A stretch of 64,000 bases of DNA from an uncultured Planctomycetota bacterium (GTDB taxonomy: Bacteria > Planctomycetota > Planctomycetia > Isosphaerales > Isosphaeraceae), in assembly GCA_963737655.1 (NCBI GenBank), contig CAVTTN010000002.1, forward strand, positions 6,016,001 through 6,080,000. Reading direction: 5' to 3'. Both the position numbers and the translations under genes were made by a program. Each line of letters opens with the position of its first letter. Position 1 is the stretch's first letter. The notes under the pieces were generated by a model. The model was not told the DNA's origin. It saw only the letters and a list, made by a program, of their open reading frames with translations, and did not search any database. Below, one piece after another: positions 1-11,752 of this stretch.

Positions 1-526
1 CGGTCCAGGGCGCGCCCTGCAACTGCTGGGCGAGGCTCCCCCCCTCGACGAATTCCATCGTGAAGTAGGGCAGGCCGGCGCAGTCGCCCACGTCGAAGAC
101 CTGCACGATGTTCGGGTGCCGGAGGCTCGCCACCGCCTCGGCCTCGCGGGCGAACCGCGCACGCTCCGCCGCCCCGGGATGGTCGCCGGAGCGCATCATC
201 TTGATGGCCACCGTGCGATTGAGCGTCTCGTGACGGGCCCGGTACACCACGCCCATCCCGCCGGCGCCGAGGACCGCCTCCACCGCGTAGCCGGCGATCC
301 TCGGGAGGTCGTCGCCCCGCCACGGCCGGTCGGCGCCGAGGTGATCCTGCGTCGAGTCGTGCCGGGGGAAGATGTCGTCCAGCGCGGCCTCGACCTGGTG
401 GAACCGCTCCCAGCGCTCGCGGACGAGGGGCAGGAGCTCCGGGTCATCGATGCATACGGCCTCGGGCGGGAGCCCCGACTCCAGGGCGTCCTCGACCAGC
501 TCCCTGATGCGAACGTCATCGGGCAT
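1..526 (-). CDS. Serine/threonine protein kinase, N-terminal part (runs off the window edge)
   Basis: Manual translation from ATG at 526: MPDDVRIRELVEDALESG...GYAVEAVLGAGGMGVVYRARHETLNRTVAIKMM...RFAREAEAVASLRHPNIVQVFDVG...PYFTMEFVEGGSL (Hanks kinase subdomains I-V). Not in the ORF track. Confidence 0.93.
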   Translation of the reverse strand, partial: MPDDVRIRELVEDALESGLPPEAVCIDDPELLPLVRERWERFHQVEAALDDIFPRHDSTQDHLGADRPWRGDDLPRIAGYAVEAVLGAGGMGVVYRARHETLNRTVAIKMMRSGDHPGAAERARFAREAEAVASLRHPNIVQVFDVGDCAGLPYFTMEFVEGGSLAQQLQGAPWT

Positions 527-552
527 CGCTCCGCCTCCCGCCCCGGGGCCGT

Positions 553-1179
553 TCAATCTCCCCGCGATTCGTCGGCCGGGACGGCCTCGGGCCGGAGGTC
601 GGCCAGGGCCTCCCCCAGCGAGAGCACCCCCGCGTTCAAACGGCGCTGCACCGTCTTCGCGGAGACGCCGAGCAGGCCGGCCACCTCGACCTGCGACAGC
701 CCCTGGACCCGGACCAGGTCGAACACCTCGCGGACCTCCTCGGGGAGCGCCTCGATGGCCGCCAGGATGCGGAGGGCGTCCGGGCCGAGGGCCGAGCCGC
801 TGCTCTGGGCCGCGGTCACCAGCCCCTCGCGCATCTCGACGGCCCCCGGCTCCTCATCTAGGCGTCGGGCCAGGTCATTCAGCTCCCAGCGCATGTGCCG
901 GTTGGCCAGCGCGAAGAACTGCCGGACGGTCGCGGGCCGGACGTCGCGCATGGCCTTCAGCAGCCGTTCCACCACGGCGTCGAGCAGGTCGTCCGCCTCC
1001 AGGTTCATCGGCGGCCGGGCCAGTCGCGGATAGCTGCGGAGCAGGAGGCTGGCGCAAAGGATCCGGAGGCGGCCCACGGCGCGGTCCAGCAGCGCCCGGA
1101 TGACGGGGTCGGCCGGCCCGCCGTCGGCCAGCGCGACCAGGTAGCGGCCGACGGCGGCGGTCGTGTGATCCTCGCTCAT
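553..1179 (-). CDS. ECF sigma-70 factor, kinase-associated planctomycete type
   Basis: Region 2 (LEADDLLDAVVERLLKAM...FFALANRHMRWELNDLARR) and region 4 (LPEEVREVFDLVRVQGLSQVEVAGLLGVSAKTVQRRL); directly upstream of the kinase; start taken at MSEDH. Confidence 0.9.
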   Translation of the reverse strand: MSEDHTTAAVGRYLVALADGGPADPVIRALLDRAVGRLRILCASLLLRSYPRLARPPMNLEADDLLDAVVERLLKAMRDVRPATVRQFFALANRHMRWELNDLARRLDEEPGAVEMREGLVTAAQSSGSALGPDALRILAAIEALPEEVREVFDLVRVQGLSQVEVAGLLGVSAKTVQRRLNAGVLSLGEALADLRPEAVPADESRGD

Positions 1180-1377
1180 GACGGCCTTCCTGCGGGTGCA
1201 TGCGCGATCTCCCGCCCCGATGCTATCCGGTCCCCTGTCCACCCGCCACGCTCAAACAGGGCGGCGAGGCGAGAGGGGCGGCGATCGCGGTGGTCGGCCC
1301 CGCCCGCCGCCTGTGCCCGGGTGGCGCGTGACCGTGAACGCCCGCCGCGCCGGCCCAGACGGAGGGAGGGACGTCCG

Positions 1378-2079
1378 ATGGTCAGGATCGACGGCCTGTT
1401 CGAGACGGCGGCGCGGCTGGACCGCGCGGGAATCCTCGCGACGCGCGCCGGGCTCGTCGTCGTGCTGGTCTGGATCGGCGGCCTGAAGGCCTACCGCTAC
1501 GAGGACGAGGGGATCGTCCCCTACGTCGCCAACAGCCCCTGGATGAGCTTCTTCTACCGGCGGCCCGCCCCGGAGTATCGCCGGCACATGAACCGGGAGG
1601 GGGAACTGGTCCCCGCCAACCGCGAGTGGCACGAGCGGAACGGGACGTATCCGTTCGCCCGAGGGCTCGGCGCGGTGATCGTGGCCCTCGGGCTGATGAT
1701 CGCGGTGCATCCCCGGCTGCCGAGGGTCGCGGCCGTCGGCAGCTTCCTGGTCGCCGGGATGCCGCTCGTGACCCTGTCGTTCCTCGTCACCACGCCCGAG
1801 TGCTGGGTGCCGCCGCCGGGCAGCCCGGGGCACGGCTTCCCGAGGCTCTCCGGGTCCGGCCGACTGATCATCAAGGACGCCATCATGATGGGCGCGGCGA
1901 TCGTGACGATGGCCGACTCGGCGAGGGCCGCCCTGCGCGAGGCGGCCAGGGGTTCGCGAGCCACCGCCCGCGGGAGCGAGTCGCGGAAAATCCCCGTCGA
2001 TGAGAACGTCGTCCCGTCCGCATCCGCCGCTCTCACCGCACACCCCTCCGAACCGAACCGGAGGGGCGCATCCCGATGA
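1378..2079 (+). CDS. DUF417 / YkgB (RclC-like) inner membrane protein
   Basis: GLVVVLVWIGGLKAYRYEDEGIVPYVANSPWMSFFY...TLSFLVTTPECW...GFPRLSGSGRLIIKD; GGAGGGAGG RBS before ATG 1378. Confidence 0.88.
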   Translation: MVRIDGLFETAARLDRAGILATRAGLVVVLVWIGGLKAYRYEDEGIVPYVANSPWMSFFYRRPAPEYRRHMNREGELVPANREWHERNGTYPFARGLGAVIVALGLMIAVHPRLPRVAAVGSFLVAGMPLVTLSFLVTTPECWVPPPGSPGHGFPRLSGSGRLIIKDAIMMGAAIVTMADSARAALREAARGSRATARGSESRKIPVDENVVPSASAALTAHPSEPNRRGASR

Positions 2080-2238
2080 CAACGACCCCGGGACCGGCCC
2101 TCCGCCCGTCGGCGTCGTGCCCGACTCGCCGTTCGGGATCGGTGCCGGCCGCCTGGCCGCGACCCGCTCCGCGCATCGGGCGTCGTGGTCAACTTCCATG
2201 AGTCGCGAAGTCAATGCTAAATTAGAGGAGTATTCAAA

Positions 2239-2886
2239 ATGAATTTATCCAAACATGACACTGCCCTGGTCGTCATCGACCCGCAGAACGACGTCCTGAG
2301 CGAACGCGGCGTCTCCTGGGGCGCCGTCGGCGCCAGCGTGGAGGAGAATGACACCGTCGCCAACATCGAGCGGCTCTTCCGGGCCGCGAAGGGCCGGGGC
2401 TTCGGGGTCTTCATCTCGCCGCACTACCTCTATCCCCCGGATCACGCCTGGCGGTTCGGCGGGGCGGCCGAGACGATGATGCTCCGCAGCCAGGAGTTCC
2501 ACCGCCCCGGCCCGCTCCTCGTCGACAATCTCCTCGGCTCCGGGGCCGACTGGCTCGAGCGATACAAGCCCTTCATCGAGGACGGCGAGACCGTCGTCGT
2601 GAGCCCACATAAGGTGTGGGGCCCTCAGACCAACGACCTCGCCCTGCAACTCCGCAAGCGTCGCGTCGACAAGGTCATCCTGGCCGGGATGCTGGCGAAC
2701 CTCTGCGTCGAGAGCCACCTGCGCGAATTGCTGGAACGGGGCTTCGAGGTCGCCGTGGTGAAGGACGCCACCGCCGGCCCGCGTCATCCCCAACTCGGCG
2801 ACGGCTACAAGGCGGCGATCGTCAATTTCGGCTACCTGGCGAACGCCGTCCTGACGACGGGCGAGGCCGAGAGCGCCATGGGCTAG
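2239..2886 (+). CDS. Isochorismatase-family cysteine hydrolase
   Basis: TALVVIDPQND...PHK...GMLANLCVESH (Asp-Lys-Cys triad); GAGGAG RBS. Confidence 0.92.
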   Translation: MNLSKHDTALVVIDPQNDVLSERGVSWGAVGASVEENDTVANIERLFRAAKGRGFGVFISPHYLYPPDHAWRFGGAAETMMLRSQEFHRPGPLLVDNLLGSGADWLERYKPFIEDGETVVVSPHKVWGPQTNDLALQLRKRRVDKVILAGMLANLCVESHLRELLERGFEVAVVKDATAGPRHPQLGDGYKAAIVNFGYLANAVLTTGEAESAMG

Positions 2887-2964
2887 ACGAGACGGGGAGG
2901 ATCCCGTCGCGGGTCGGCGTCTGTCGAATTGTCACGAACTCAAGATCATGACTGGAGAACGTCC

Positions 2965-3960
2965 ATGACCGGGGCATTCCGCAGGAGGGACATGCTGAAG
3001 GCGATCGCGACGGCCACGATGCTCGGCCGCGCCGCGAGGGCCGACGAGCCCCACGACCTGCCCGAGCAGATCGTGGACGCGATGAACGCGATCTCCGGCA
3101 AGCATCCGGGCTTCCGATCGGCCCATGCCAAGGGCGTCGTCTGCGAGGGGAGGTTCGTGCCCTCGGCGTCGGCGCGAGGCCTGTCGAAGGCCCCCCACTT
3201 CCAGGACGAAGCGGTGGAGGTCACGGTCCGCTTCTCGGACAGCACCGGCCTCCCCGACGTGCCGGACGGTGCCGCCGGGGCCAGCCCTCACGGGATGGCC
3301 GCCCGCTTCCACCTGCCGGGCGGCGGCAGCACCGACATCGTCTCCAACGCCTTCAACGGCTTCGCGGTCGGCAGCGGGGACGACTTCCTGGCCCTCCTCC
3401 GGGCCGTCGCCGAGAGCGGCAAGGACGCGCCGAAGCCGACCGCGCTCGACCGATTCCTGACCGCCCATCCCGGGGCCAAGCGGGTCATCACGGCCCCGAA
3501 GCCGACGCCGGCCAGCTTCGCGACCGAGCCGTATTTCGGCGTGAACGCCTTCCTGTTCACCAACGCCGAGGGGAAGGCGCGGTATGGCCGCTACCAGTTC
3601 CGCCCGGACGCGGGCTCGAAGTTCCTGACCGCCGCCGAGGCCGCCGCGAAGCCGGCGAACTTCCTGATCGACGAGCTGGCCGACCGTCTCGCCAGGGGGC
3701 CGGTGAGGTTTCGCCTGGTCGTCCAGATGGCGGCCGAGGGCGATCCCGTCGACGACGCGACCGCCGTCTGGCCCGACGATCGGCCCGTCGTGGAGCTGGG
3801 CGACCTGTCCGTCACCGGCAAGGTGGCCGACAGCGACGCGGCCCAGCGTGCCCTGGGCTTCGACCCGCTCCGGCTCGCCGACGGCATCGAGGCCTCCGAC
3901 GACCCGCTCCTCGAACTCAGGCGCTCGGTCTATGCTGTGTCCCGGAGGCGCCGGAAATGA
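2965..3960 (+). CDS. Catalase-related heme peroxidase (SrpA-like) with twin-arginine-like leader
   Basis: [44 protein letters not shown]-terminal FRRRDMLK followed by a hydrophobic stretch and ARA. Confidence 0.88.
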   Translation: MTGAFRRRDMLKAIATATMLGRAARADEPHDLPEQIVDAMNAISGKHPGFRSAHAKGVVCEGRFVPSASARGLSKAPHFQDEAVEVTVRFSDSTGLPDVPDGAAGASPHGMAARFHLPGGGSTDIVSNAFNGFAVGSGDDFLALLRAVAESGKDAPKPTALDRFLTAHPGAKRVITAPKPTPASFATEPYFGVNAFLFTNAEGKARYGRYQFRPDAGSKFLTAAEAAAKPANFLIDELADRLARGPVRFRLVVQMAAEGDPVDDATAVWPDDRPVVELGDLSVTGKVADSDAAQRALGFDPLRLADGIEASDDPLLELRRSVYAVSRRRRK

Positions 3961-4028
3961 CGATCGCCCCGCCGCCTTTCGCGAGACGCCGCCCCGATCC
4001 TCGACCCATCACCCACGGAGAAACGATC

Positions 4029-4997
4029 ATGATCCGCACGACACCGTCCCCGTCGCTCCTGACCCTGATCGCGGCCGGCACGTTGGCCCTCGGTCCGGCC
4101 GGCGGGGCCTCGGCCCAGCACCCGGCGGACGTGCATCACAAGACCGTCAAGGTCGGCGACCTCGACATCTTCTATCGCGAGGCCGGCCCGAAGGACGCCC
4201 CGACGATCCTCCTGCTGCACGGCTTCCCGACCAGCTCGCAGATGTTCCGCAAGCTCATCCCGGCGCTCGCGGACAGGTATCACGTGGTCGCCCCGGATTA
4301 TCCCGGCTACGGCCACAGCTCGATGCCGTCGCGGGAGGAGTTCGCCTACACGTTCGACAACCTCGCGAAGGTCGTCGATGAGTTCACCGAGAAGCTCGGG
4401 CTGACGAAGTTCGCGATTTACGTGCAAGACTACGGCGCGCCGGTCGGATACCGCCTCGCCTCGGCGCACCCGGAGCGGATCTCGGCGATCATCGTGCAGA
4501 ACGGCAACGCCTACGACGAGGGGCTGGACAACGACTTCTGGAAGCCCTTCAAGGCCTACTGGAAGGACCCCAGCAGCAAGGAGAAGCGCAACGCCTTGCG
4601 CCCGCTCCTCACCTACGACGCGACTCGATGGCAATACACGCACGGTGTCAAGGACGTCGAGCTCGTCAGCCCGGACGGCGCCGCCCACGATCAGTTCCTG
4701 ATGGACCGCAAGGGGAACGACGAGATCCAGCTCGACCTCTTTCTCAGCTACGGCAGCAACCCGCCGCTCTACCCGAAATGGCAGGCCTACTTCCGCGAGC
4801 ACCAGCCGCCGATGCTGATCGTCTGGGGGAAGAACGACAAGATCTTCCCGGCCGACGGGGCCGAGCCGTACCGGCGCGACCTGAAGACTCTGGAGTTCCA
4901 CCTGATCGACGCCGGCCACTTCGCCCTGGAGACGAACGGCGACGAGATCGCCGGATTCATCCGGGCCTTCCTCGGCGAGCATGTCGCCCGGCCATAG
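4029..4997 (+). CDS. Alpha/beta hydrolase (epoxide hydrolase / haloalkane dehalogenase-like) with signal peptide
   Basis: [20 protein letters not shown], nucleophile [21 protein letters not shown]. Confidence 0.92.
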   Translation: MIRTTPSPSLLTLIAAGTLALGPAGGASAQHPADVHHKTVKVGDLDIFYREAGPKDAPTILLLHGFPTSSQMFRKLIPALADRYHVVAPDYPGYGHSSMPSREEFAYTFDNLAKVVDEFTEKLGLTKFAIYVQDYGAPVGYRLASAHPERISAIIVQNGNAYDEGLDNDFWKPFKAYWKDPSSKEKRNALRPLLTYDATRWQYTHGVKDVELVSPDGAAHDQFLMDRKGNDEIQLDLFLSYGSNPPLYPKWQAYFREHQPPMLIVWGKNDKIFPADGAEPYRRDLKTLEFHLIDAGHFALETNGDEIAGFIRAFLGEHVARP

Positions 4998-5224
4998 CCT
5001 GGGAGTGGCGATCTCGCGAGCGACCCTTCGCCGTCGTCCCCCTGCCCTTCTTCGATGGGTCCGACGAGGGTTGCCCCGCCGTGCCGTCCTCGTTCACGCC
5101 TCGCTCCCTTGAGCCGGAGTCGATCGTGGCGACGAGCCCGGACCGGCCGCGCCGTCGCCCCCTCGGGGCCCCGGCTGACCCCCGGGCCGCCCCCGCCACC
5201 TTGGCCGGGTCGTGGGCTACCCTC

Positions 5225-5900
5225 CTACCCTACCCGACCCACCGCCCGAACCCACGCTCGCCCCGGTACCGACATTGCTTCAGCCCGTAGTCCCTCTTCA
5301 GCGCGTGGATCCGACCCTCGATCCCCGCCGTTGCGGATCGTGACGGAGTCGAACGTCATCGAATCGCAGCGGCTGAGGTGCACGTCGCCCCGCACGTGGG
5401 CCCGGAAGGCCATGTGGTCGCCGATGGCGGCGGGGATCACGTCGGGCCCGTAGGCGTGATCCCAGAAAAATCCGAACACGCCGGGCCGCAGCCGCTCGGC
5501 CCGGCGATGGTCGTCCCCGTAGAGCGAGACCGCGCCGGCCTTCACCCGCCGCGCATGCGGCTCGAAGAGATATCCGAACACCTTGGTGGGGAAGGCCTCG
5601 GGGTCGTCGAGGTTCGCCGGGTATCCGCGGTCGATCTCGACGTCATCGCTCGTGAGATCCGCCGCCAAGGCGACGATCCGCCCCTGGGTGAAGGCCGGCA
5701 CGGGCCTCGTGATCGTCAGGTTCTTGACGGTCACGTTGCGGCACTCGGTGAACTCGATCCCCTGGCGACGGCCATCCTCGAGGACGTGCGTCGCACCCGA
5801 GCCGTCGATCGTGAAATCGTGCATCGCGGCGAAGCGGAGGTGATACTCGCCCGCGGCGACGGGCACCCGATGGATGCCGGGAGGGATCGTGACGGATCGC
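5225..5900 (-). pseudogene. Fragment of a right-handed beta-helix protein (GH110 alpha-galactosidase-like N-terminal region)
   Basis: FTIDGSGAT...GIEFTECRNVTVKNLTI...FTQGRIVAL...DVEIDRGYP; no signal peptide or C-terminal part; lies next to the IS end at 5928. Confidence 0.55.
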
Positions 5901-5957
5901 CTGCCCGATTCGTAGGCGCGCCGGAGCTAAATAACTCCCCGCAAAGGGGAAAGTGAG

Positions 5958-6156
5958 TTACGCGGCGATCCGGTAGACCGAGGCACCCTCAACCCTGAAC
6001 GGGATGCGGCCCTTCAGCCGGGCGAACGTCAGGTCGAGCAACTCCTGCATCGACTGACAGCGATGGTTGCGTGTCACTCGGTCGTGCAGGTGCCACCGCA
6101 CCCGCTCGATCGGGTTGCAGTCCGGGCTGTACGCGGGCAGGAAGTGCAGGTCGATC
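5958..6156 (-). pseudogene. IS630 transposase C-terminal fragment (DDE_3)
   Basis: Manual translation: IDLHFLPAYSPDCNPIERVRWHLHDRVTRNHRCQSMQELLDLTFARLKGRIPFRVEGASVYRIAA*; LPxYSPxxNPIE is the IS630 signature. Confidence 0.88.
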
Positions 6157-6215
6157 CTCTGTGTCCTTCCGGAGGGCGTGCAAAAATGGGCCGCTCGATG
6201 TGTCGGTCCGCCGCG

Positions 6216-6751
6216 TCACTTGATCCGGCACCACCAGAGCGACCGGCGGAGCGTCTTCCGGCCGGCGGGCGAGATCCGGGTGTCCTGGACGTCCAACTCA
6301 CGCAGGCCCCTCATCTGGACGAGGTGCGCGACGCCGGCGTCGGTGATGGGCGTGCCGCTGAGGTCGAGCGAGCGCAGCCGTCTCATCGCCTTGAGGTGGG
6401 CGAGCCCGGCGTCGGTGATCCGCGTCTTCGCGAGGCTCAGCACCTTCACGCCGTCCAGGCCCTCCAGGTGGGCGAGCCCGGCGTCGGAGAGCGTCGCGAC
6501 TTCGAGGGTCAGGACGGTGAGCGCCGGCAGGTGGTGAAGCTCCTTCAGATCGTCGTCGGTCGTCTTGTCCCCCGCTGTGACGACCATGCCCGCGGGGATG
6601 AGCCCCACGCCCGGCGTGGCGTAGCCGCCTCGGTTCATGATCACCGCGATGGCCCGTGTCTCGTCCGGGCTCGGCTCGCCGCCGCGCGCGCGGGCGCCAG
6701 GAGTGCGCCGAGGGCCACCAACGCCGACACGCCGATCGTGACACGCTTCAT
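6216..6751 (-). CDS. Small secreted leucine-rich-repeat protein (frameshift near 6690)
   Basis: LRR units LSLAKTRITDAGLAHL / LDLSGTPITDAGVAHL / LDVQDTRISPAG; signal peptide MKRVTIGVSALVALGALLAPA lies in an adjacent frame. Confidence 0.8.
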
Positions 6752-6861
6752 CGCATGGGCCTCCTTGCCGGTGACGGTACGCGACGAGAACCTATCCCAC
6801 CGCGAACGAGGTGTCTATCCCAAGGTCGTGCCGGGCGGCGCGCCCCGCAGGACCAGCGGCT

Positions 6862-6951
6862 GCGGAAGCGGACCTCCGGCTCGGGGTCCTTCCGATAGCG
6901 GTCGAGCAGGGCCGCCCGCTGCTCGCGGCTCAGGCTGATGCTGCGTGCCAT
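6862..6951 (-). pseudogene. IS630 transposase N-terminal fragment
   Basis: MARSISLSREQRAALLDRYRKDPEPEVRFR, starting about 80 nt inside the right inverted repeat; resembles IS630 N-termini. Confidence 0.65.
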
Positions 6952-7139
6952 GAAAGTACCGGGGGTGGCGTTCAGGTGGATCATCCACCCCGTTCTACGT
7001 AGACGGCGCTTTCCGGTTTGCTGGGAGCTATTTAGCCGCCAAGATCGGCGTCGTTCGGGGGGACGGCGACGACGAGAGACAGCATGAGGAGCGAGGTCAT
7101 CGGTGAAAGTCCTGTCAGCGAAATCGACCACCACGGGCT

Positions 7140-8595
7140 TCACGCGAGGATCGGGTGCAGCACGTCGCCCTCGACGTCGGTCAGGCGGAATCGGCGGCCG
7201 TTGTGCAGGTAGGTGAGGCGCTTGTGGTCGAGGCCGAGGAGGTGGAGGATCGTCGCGTGGAGGTCGTGGACGGAGACGGGGGAGTCGGCGGCCTTCCAGC
7301 CGATCTCGTCGGTGGATCCATGACTCACGCCGCCCTTGATCCCGCCGCCGGCCATCCAGGTGAGGAACCCGTGAGGGTTGTGGTCGCGGCCGTTCCCCTT
7401 CTCGGAGATCGGCATCCGGCCGAACTCGCCGCCCCAGACCACGAGCGTCGAGTCGAGCAGGCCGCGCCGCTTCAGGTCGGTCAGGAGTCCGGCGGCGGGC
7501 CCGTCCGTCTCTCGGCAGCGGCGACGATGGTTCTCGGCGAGGTCGTTGTGCGCGTCCCACTCGTCGTTGCAATAGACCTGAACGAACCGAACGCCTCGCT
7601 CGACGAGCCGGCGGGCGAGCAGGCACTTCTCGCCGTAAGGGCGCGTGACGTCGTCATCGAGGCCGTAGAGGGCCCGCGTGGCGGCCGATTCGGACCTGAT
7701 GTCGACCGCCTCGGTCGCTTCCGACTGCATCCGGTAGGCGAGATCGTAGTTGTGGATGCGGGCGAGGAGGTCCGCCTCGCCGGGATGGAGCTCGGCGTGG
7801 GCTCGGTTCGAGCCCCGCGTTCAGGTCGAGCATCCTCCGCTGCCGACGGGGCGTGACGTCGCCGGGCGGGGCCAGGTCCAGGATGGGCGAGCCCTGCGAG
7901 CGGAAGCCGGTCGCCTGATACGCGGTGGGGAGGAAGCCCGCGCCCGAGTTCCCCGCGCCTCCCTTGCTCCCGCGGCTGTTCTGGAGGACGACGAAGCCCG
8001 GCAGGTCGTGATTCTCGCTCCCCAGGCCGTACGTCACCCAGGACCCGACGCTCGGGAACCCCGCGCGCGTCATCCCCGTGTTCATCTGGTACATCGCCGG
8101 CCCGTGGGCGGGCGATTCTGCGTAACATGACTTGATGAAGGCGATGTCGTCGACGTGCCGGGCGAGCCCCGGAAGCTGGTCGCAGACCCACGCGCCGCTC
8201 TCGCCGTGCCGGGAGAACCCGAACGGCGACTTCATCAGCGGGCCGGGACTCCCGAAGAAGACATCAATCGGCAGATTCGGCCGCCGCCCGTCGCTGCGGG
8301 TCAGCTCGGGCTTCGGGTCGAACGTGTCCATGGCGCTCGGCCCGCCCTCCATGAACAGCCAGATGACCGAGAGGGCCTTCGCCGGGTGATGGGTCGCCCC
8401 GGCCGCATGGGGTCGCGGCGACTCGTCGCTGGCGAGCAGGCGGTCGCGGCCGAGCAGGTCGGCCAGCGCGAGCATCCCGAACCCGGCGCCGACGCCGCGG
8501 AGGAACTCCCGACGATTGGTGATCCCCGTCCTCACCCGGCCGCAACGGCAGCCCGTCCCCGGGGCGTCCGACGCCGATTTGCGATCAATCCACAT
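7140..8595 (-). CDS. DUF1501 domain protein (frameshift near 7810)
   Basis: Tat-like NRREFL; VIWLFMEGGPSAMDTFDPKP; CLLARRLVERGVRFVQ; WDAH; WGGEFGRMP; GRDHNP; HDLHATILHLLGLDH. Confidence 0.93.
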
Positions 8596-11226
8596 AGATG
8601 AACTCGTTCAGGGTGAGGAGGACGTGGCAGAAGTCCGTCAGCAATTCGGACGCGTCGGCGTCTGTGTCGGCGAGGAACGCCATCGCGGCGTCGCGCTCCG
8701 CGACGTGCGGCGGACGCCCCAGCGTGAGGGCGTAGGCGCGAGCGATCCGGTCTCCGCGCTCGGGCCCGGCCTCTCGGATGACGCGTTTGGCGAGGTCCCG
8801 GGCGCAGCCGCGCACGAAGTCGCCGTTGAGCAGGGCCAGGCTCTGAGTCGGCACGGCCGTCGCGTTCCGCCGGCCGCAGGTCGATGTGGAGTCGGGCGCG
8901 TCGAAGACCTCGGCGAGAGGATTCGGGACGGACCGCTTGATGAACGCATAGACGGATCGCCGCCAGGCCGGGGGTCCTTCCTTCACGTCGGCCGGGTACG
9001 CATCCTTGCTCCGGGTGGCGATCGCCTCGGCGGGGATCCGGGGCCGGAAGGGCGGGCCGTACATCGCGAGGTCCAGTCGGCCGCTGACCGCCAGCATCGC
9101 GTCGCGCAGAGGCTCGGCCTCCAGTCGTTGCGGCCGGCGATGCCAGAGCAGGCGATTCTCCGGGTCGACGGCCGCGCCGGCGGGCGCGCCCGTCGTACCC
9201 TGCCGGTACGCGGCGCTCGTGACGATCCGCCGATGGATCGGCTTGAGCCGCCAGCCCCCGCGGACCAGCTCGTTCGCCAGCCAGTCGAGCAGCTCCGGAT
9301 GATCGGGCGGTTCCCCCTTCGTCCCGAAATCGTCCGGCGTGCGAACGATCCCCTCGCCGAAATGATGCTGCCAGAGCCGGTTCACCGCCACCCTCGCCAG
9401 CAGGCCGCCGGCGCCGTTTTCCGGGTCGGTCAGCCATTCCGCCAGCGCCCGTCGCTGATACGTCGTGGCCAGCGGAGAATCGTCCTCGACTGCGTCCTTC
9501 GGTCTCCCAACATCCGATCTCGTTCTCGCGAGGTAATCTTCGGGTGCGAAGGCGCGAGTCAGGACCTGCAAACCGCCGAAGGTCACGCGATCCTTGCGGC
9601 TCGTGACGCTGCCGCGAGCGAGGATGTACGCCGGTTCGGGCCGCCCGCCGCGATCGAGGAGGGCGAGCGCGGTCGCCTTCGGATCGACGCCGGCCGCCTC
9701 CGCGGCGCGGGCCGCATCATCGAGCCGATCGAGCGTGGAACGCCCCTCGTCGCCCAGCCAGGCGCGGAGCTGGTCGGGGCTGGGATCGAGCGCCTTGCCG
9801 TGCTTCTTGTAGAGCTCGATCTGAACCGGGACGAAGAAATGCTCCGGCTGCCGCAGCCAGAACTTCTCCTCGTCGGAGAGCCCGAGCGCCTTCATCCTGT
9901 CCTCGCGATAGAGCCGGCGCCGCTCCGCAAGCCAGCGATCGCGGTCGCGGTGCGAGCGGGAAAGCCGCACCTCCTGCCGATCGGACGTCTGGAAGGCCGC
10001 GACCATCCGGTAGTAGTCGCGCGTGGGGATCGGGTCGAACTTGTGGTCGTGGCATCGGGCGCAGCCGATCGTCAGCCCGAGCAGGCCCGATCCGACCGTC
10101 GAGACCATGTTGTCGAGCTCGTCGTAGCGGATCTTGAGCTTGTTCTCCTCGGTGTCGGCGGGCGTCGTCTCCTGGCTCGGCGCGGCGGTGCAGAAGCCGG
10201 TCGCCGCGACGGCCGAGGGATTCTCGGGCTCGTACTCGTCGCCGGCGATCTGCCAGCGCACGAATTGGTCGAACGGCAGGTCGTCGTTCAGCGCGCGGAT
10301 CACGAAGTCGCGATAGCGATAGGCCGTCTTCCGATCGAGGTCGCCCTCATAGCCGTCGCTGTCCGCATAGCGCGCCAGGTCGAGCCAGTGCCTCCCCCAG
10401 CGCTCGCCGTAACGCGGCGACGCCAGGAGCCGATCCACGAGGCGTTCGTAGGCGTCGGCCGACCCGTCCTTCACGAATGCCTCGATCTCGTCGACCGTGG
10501 GCGGCAGGCCCGTGAGGTCGAAGGTCAGCCGGCGGATCAGCACGCGACGATCGGCCTCTTCTGCAAAGGTCAGCCCCTTCGGCTCCAGCTTCGCGAGTAG
10601 GGATCGGTCCAGGGTCGTGCGGGCCTTCTCGTTGCGCAGCGCGGGGGCTCGACCGCCCGAAGGGGGCGGAAGGCCCAGTGCTCCCGGTCCGCGTCGGTGA
10701 CCCGCATCTCGGGCCGGGCGCCGGCGGTCGGGCCCTTCGCGTCGGTCTCGGGCCAGGGCGCGCCCGCGGCGATCCAGCGCCTGAGCAGCGCGATTTCGCC
10801 CGTCGAGAGCGGCTTTCCGGCGGGAGGCATGCGCAATGCCATATCCGCGGTCGTCACCCGCTCCAGCAGGGGGCTGGCGTCGATTTTTCCCGGCGTGACG
10901 GCCGGCTCGCCGGAATCTCCCCCCGCGATCACCGACGCGCGTTCGTCGAGCCTCAGCCCGCCGCGCTGCTTTTCCGGCCCGTGGCACTTCAGGCAGGCGC
11001 GGGCGAGGATCGGTCGAACATCGCGCGCGTAATCGACCGCCGCGCCGCCGTCCCCGGGGTCGTCGGCGGCCGTCGCAGGAGAGGCCATCGCGAGCGCCGC
11101 GACCCACACGAGGAGAAACGCCGCTGCATACGGCCCGCGCGAGTTTGCATCAAATAGTGTATTTGTATTCAAATCTCTCGGCGCCGCGGATCGGCATCGG
11201 GAACGATTGCCAAAGGCCCGGATCAC
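8585..11226 (-). CDS. Planctomycete cytochrome c + DUF1549 (PSCyt2) + DUF1553 (PSD1) protein (frameshift near 10650)
   Basis: VDYARDVRPIL-CLKCHG; HWAFRP; LIRRLTFDLTGLPPT; YGERWGRHWLDLARYADSDG; CARCHDHKFDPI; ARVAVNRLWQHHFG; LNEFIYVD. GTG start after GAGGAG is assumed. Confidence 0.92.
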
Positions 11227-11400
11227 GGATGCTTCTCCTCGGTGATCGCCCGGACGGGCCGCGTCGGAGGCCCTGCAAGCGGTCCGACTCGGCCTCGGGA
11301 CGACCTTGCGACGCCGACTCCACTTCACGTAAGGTTAGCCCGGTAGCCGCCCGGCGGATATGCGGTTTTGCGGAAATCCCTTCCCCGTTCGCGACAGCCG

Positions 11401-11676
11401 ATGGAATACACGCGGGTCGGCCCGGTCATCGGGAGGGACGGCGAATCTGCCCGCCGCGTCCTGCGTGGGATCGGCCGCTACGCGCGCGAGGCCGGCCGGC
11501 ACTGGCTGTTCTATGTGACCTCGCATGAGAGGCACGACCTCGATCCCCTGATCGGCAAGGACCTCGCGGGGATCATCGCTTACGTGTTGACGAGCCACCA
11601 GGCCCTGGGCCTGATCTCCCTGGGGAAGTCCATGTTGGACCGCCTCCGCGTGGAGTTCGGCGACCTGGTCCAGTGA
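11401..11676 (+). pseudogene. Truncated XylR-like (substrate-binding/AraC) regulator N-terminus
   Basis: RVGPVI...ARRVLRGIGRYAREAGRHWLF...LAGIIA resembles the start of XylR-type regulators but stops after ~90 aa. Confidence 0.45.
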
Positions 11677-11752
11677 CCGGATCCCGGCCGGGACGAGCGG
11701 CGACCGGCCCCCGGCCGAGATTCCGACGGGCCGGCCGGATTCTCATCCCGGC

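Larger units (their letters stand above)
5928..7034 (-). mobile_element. IS630-family derived non-autonomous element carrying a passenger LRR gene
   Basis: Inverted ends CTAAATAACTCCCCGCAAA (5927-5945) and TTTGCTGGGAGCTATTTAG (7017-7035), 17/19 match, TA at both ends; transposase N-terminal and C-terminal fragments just inside the ends. Confidence 0.8.
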
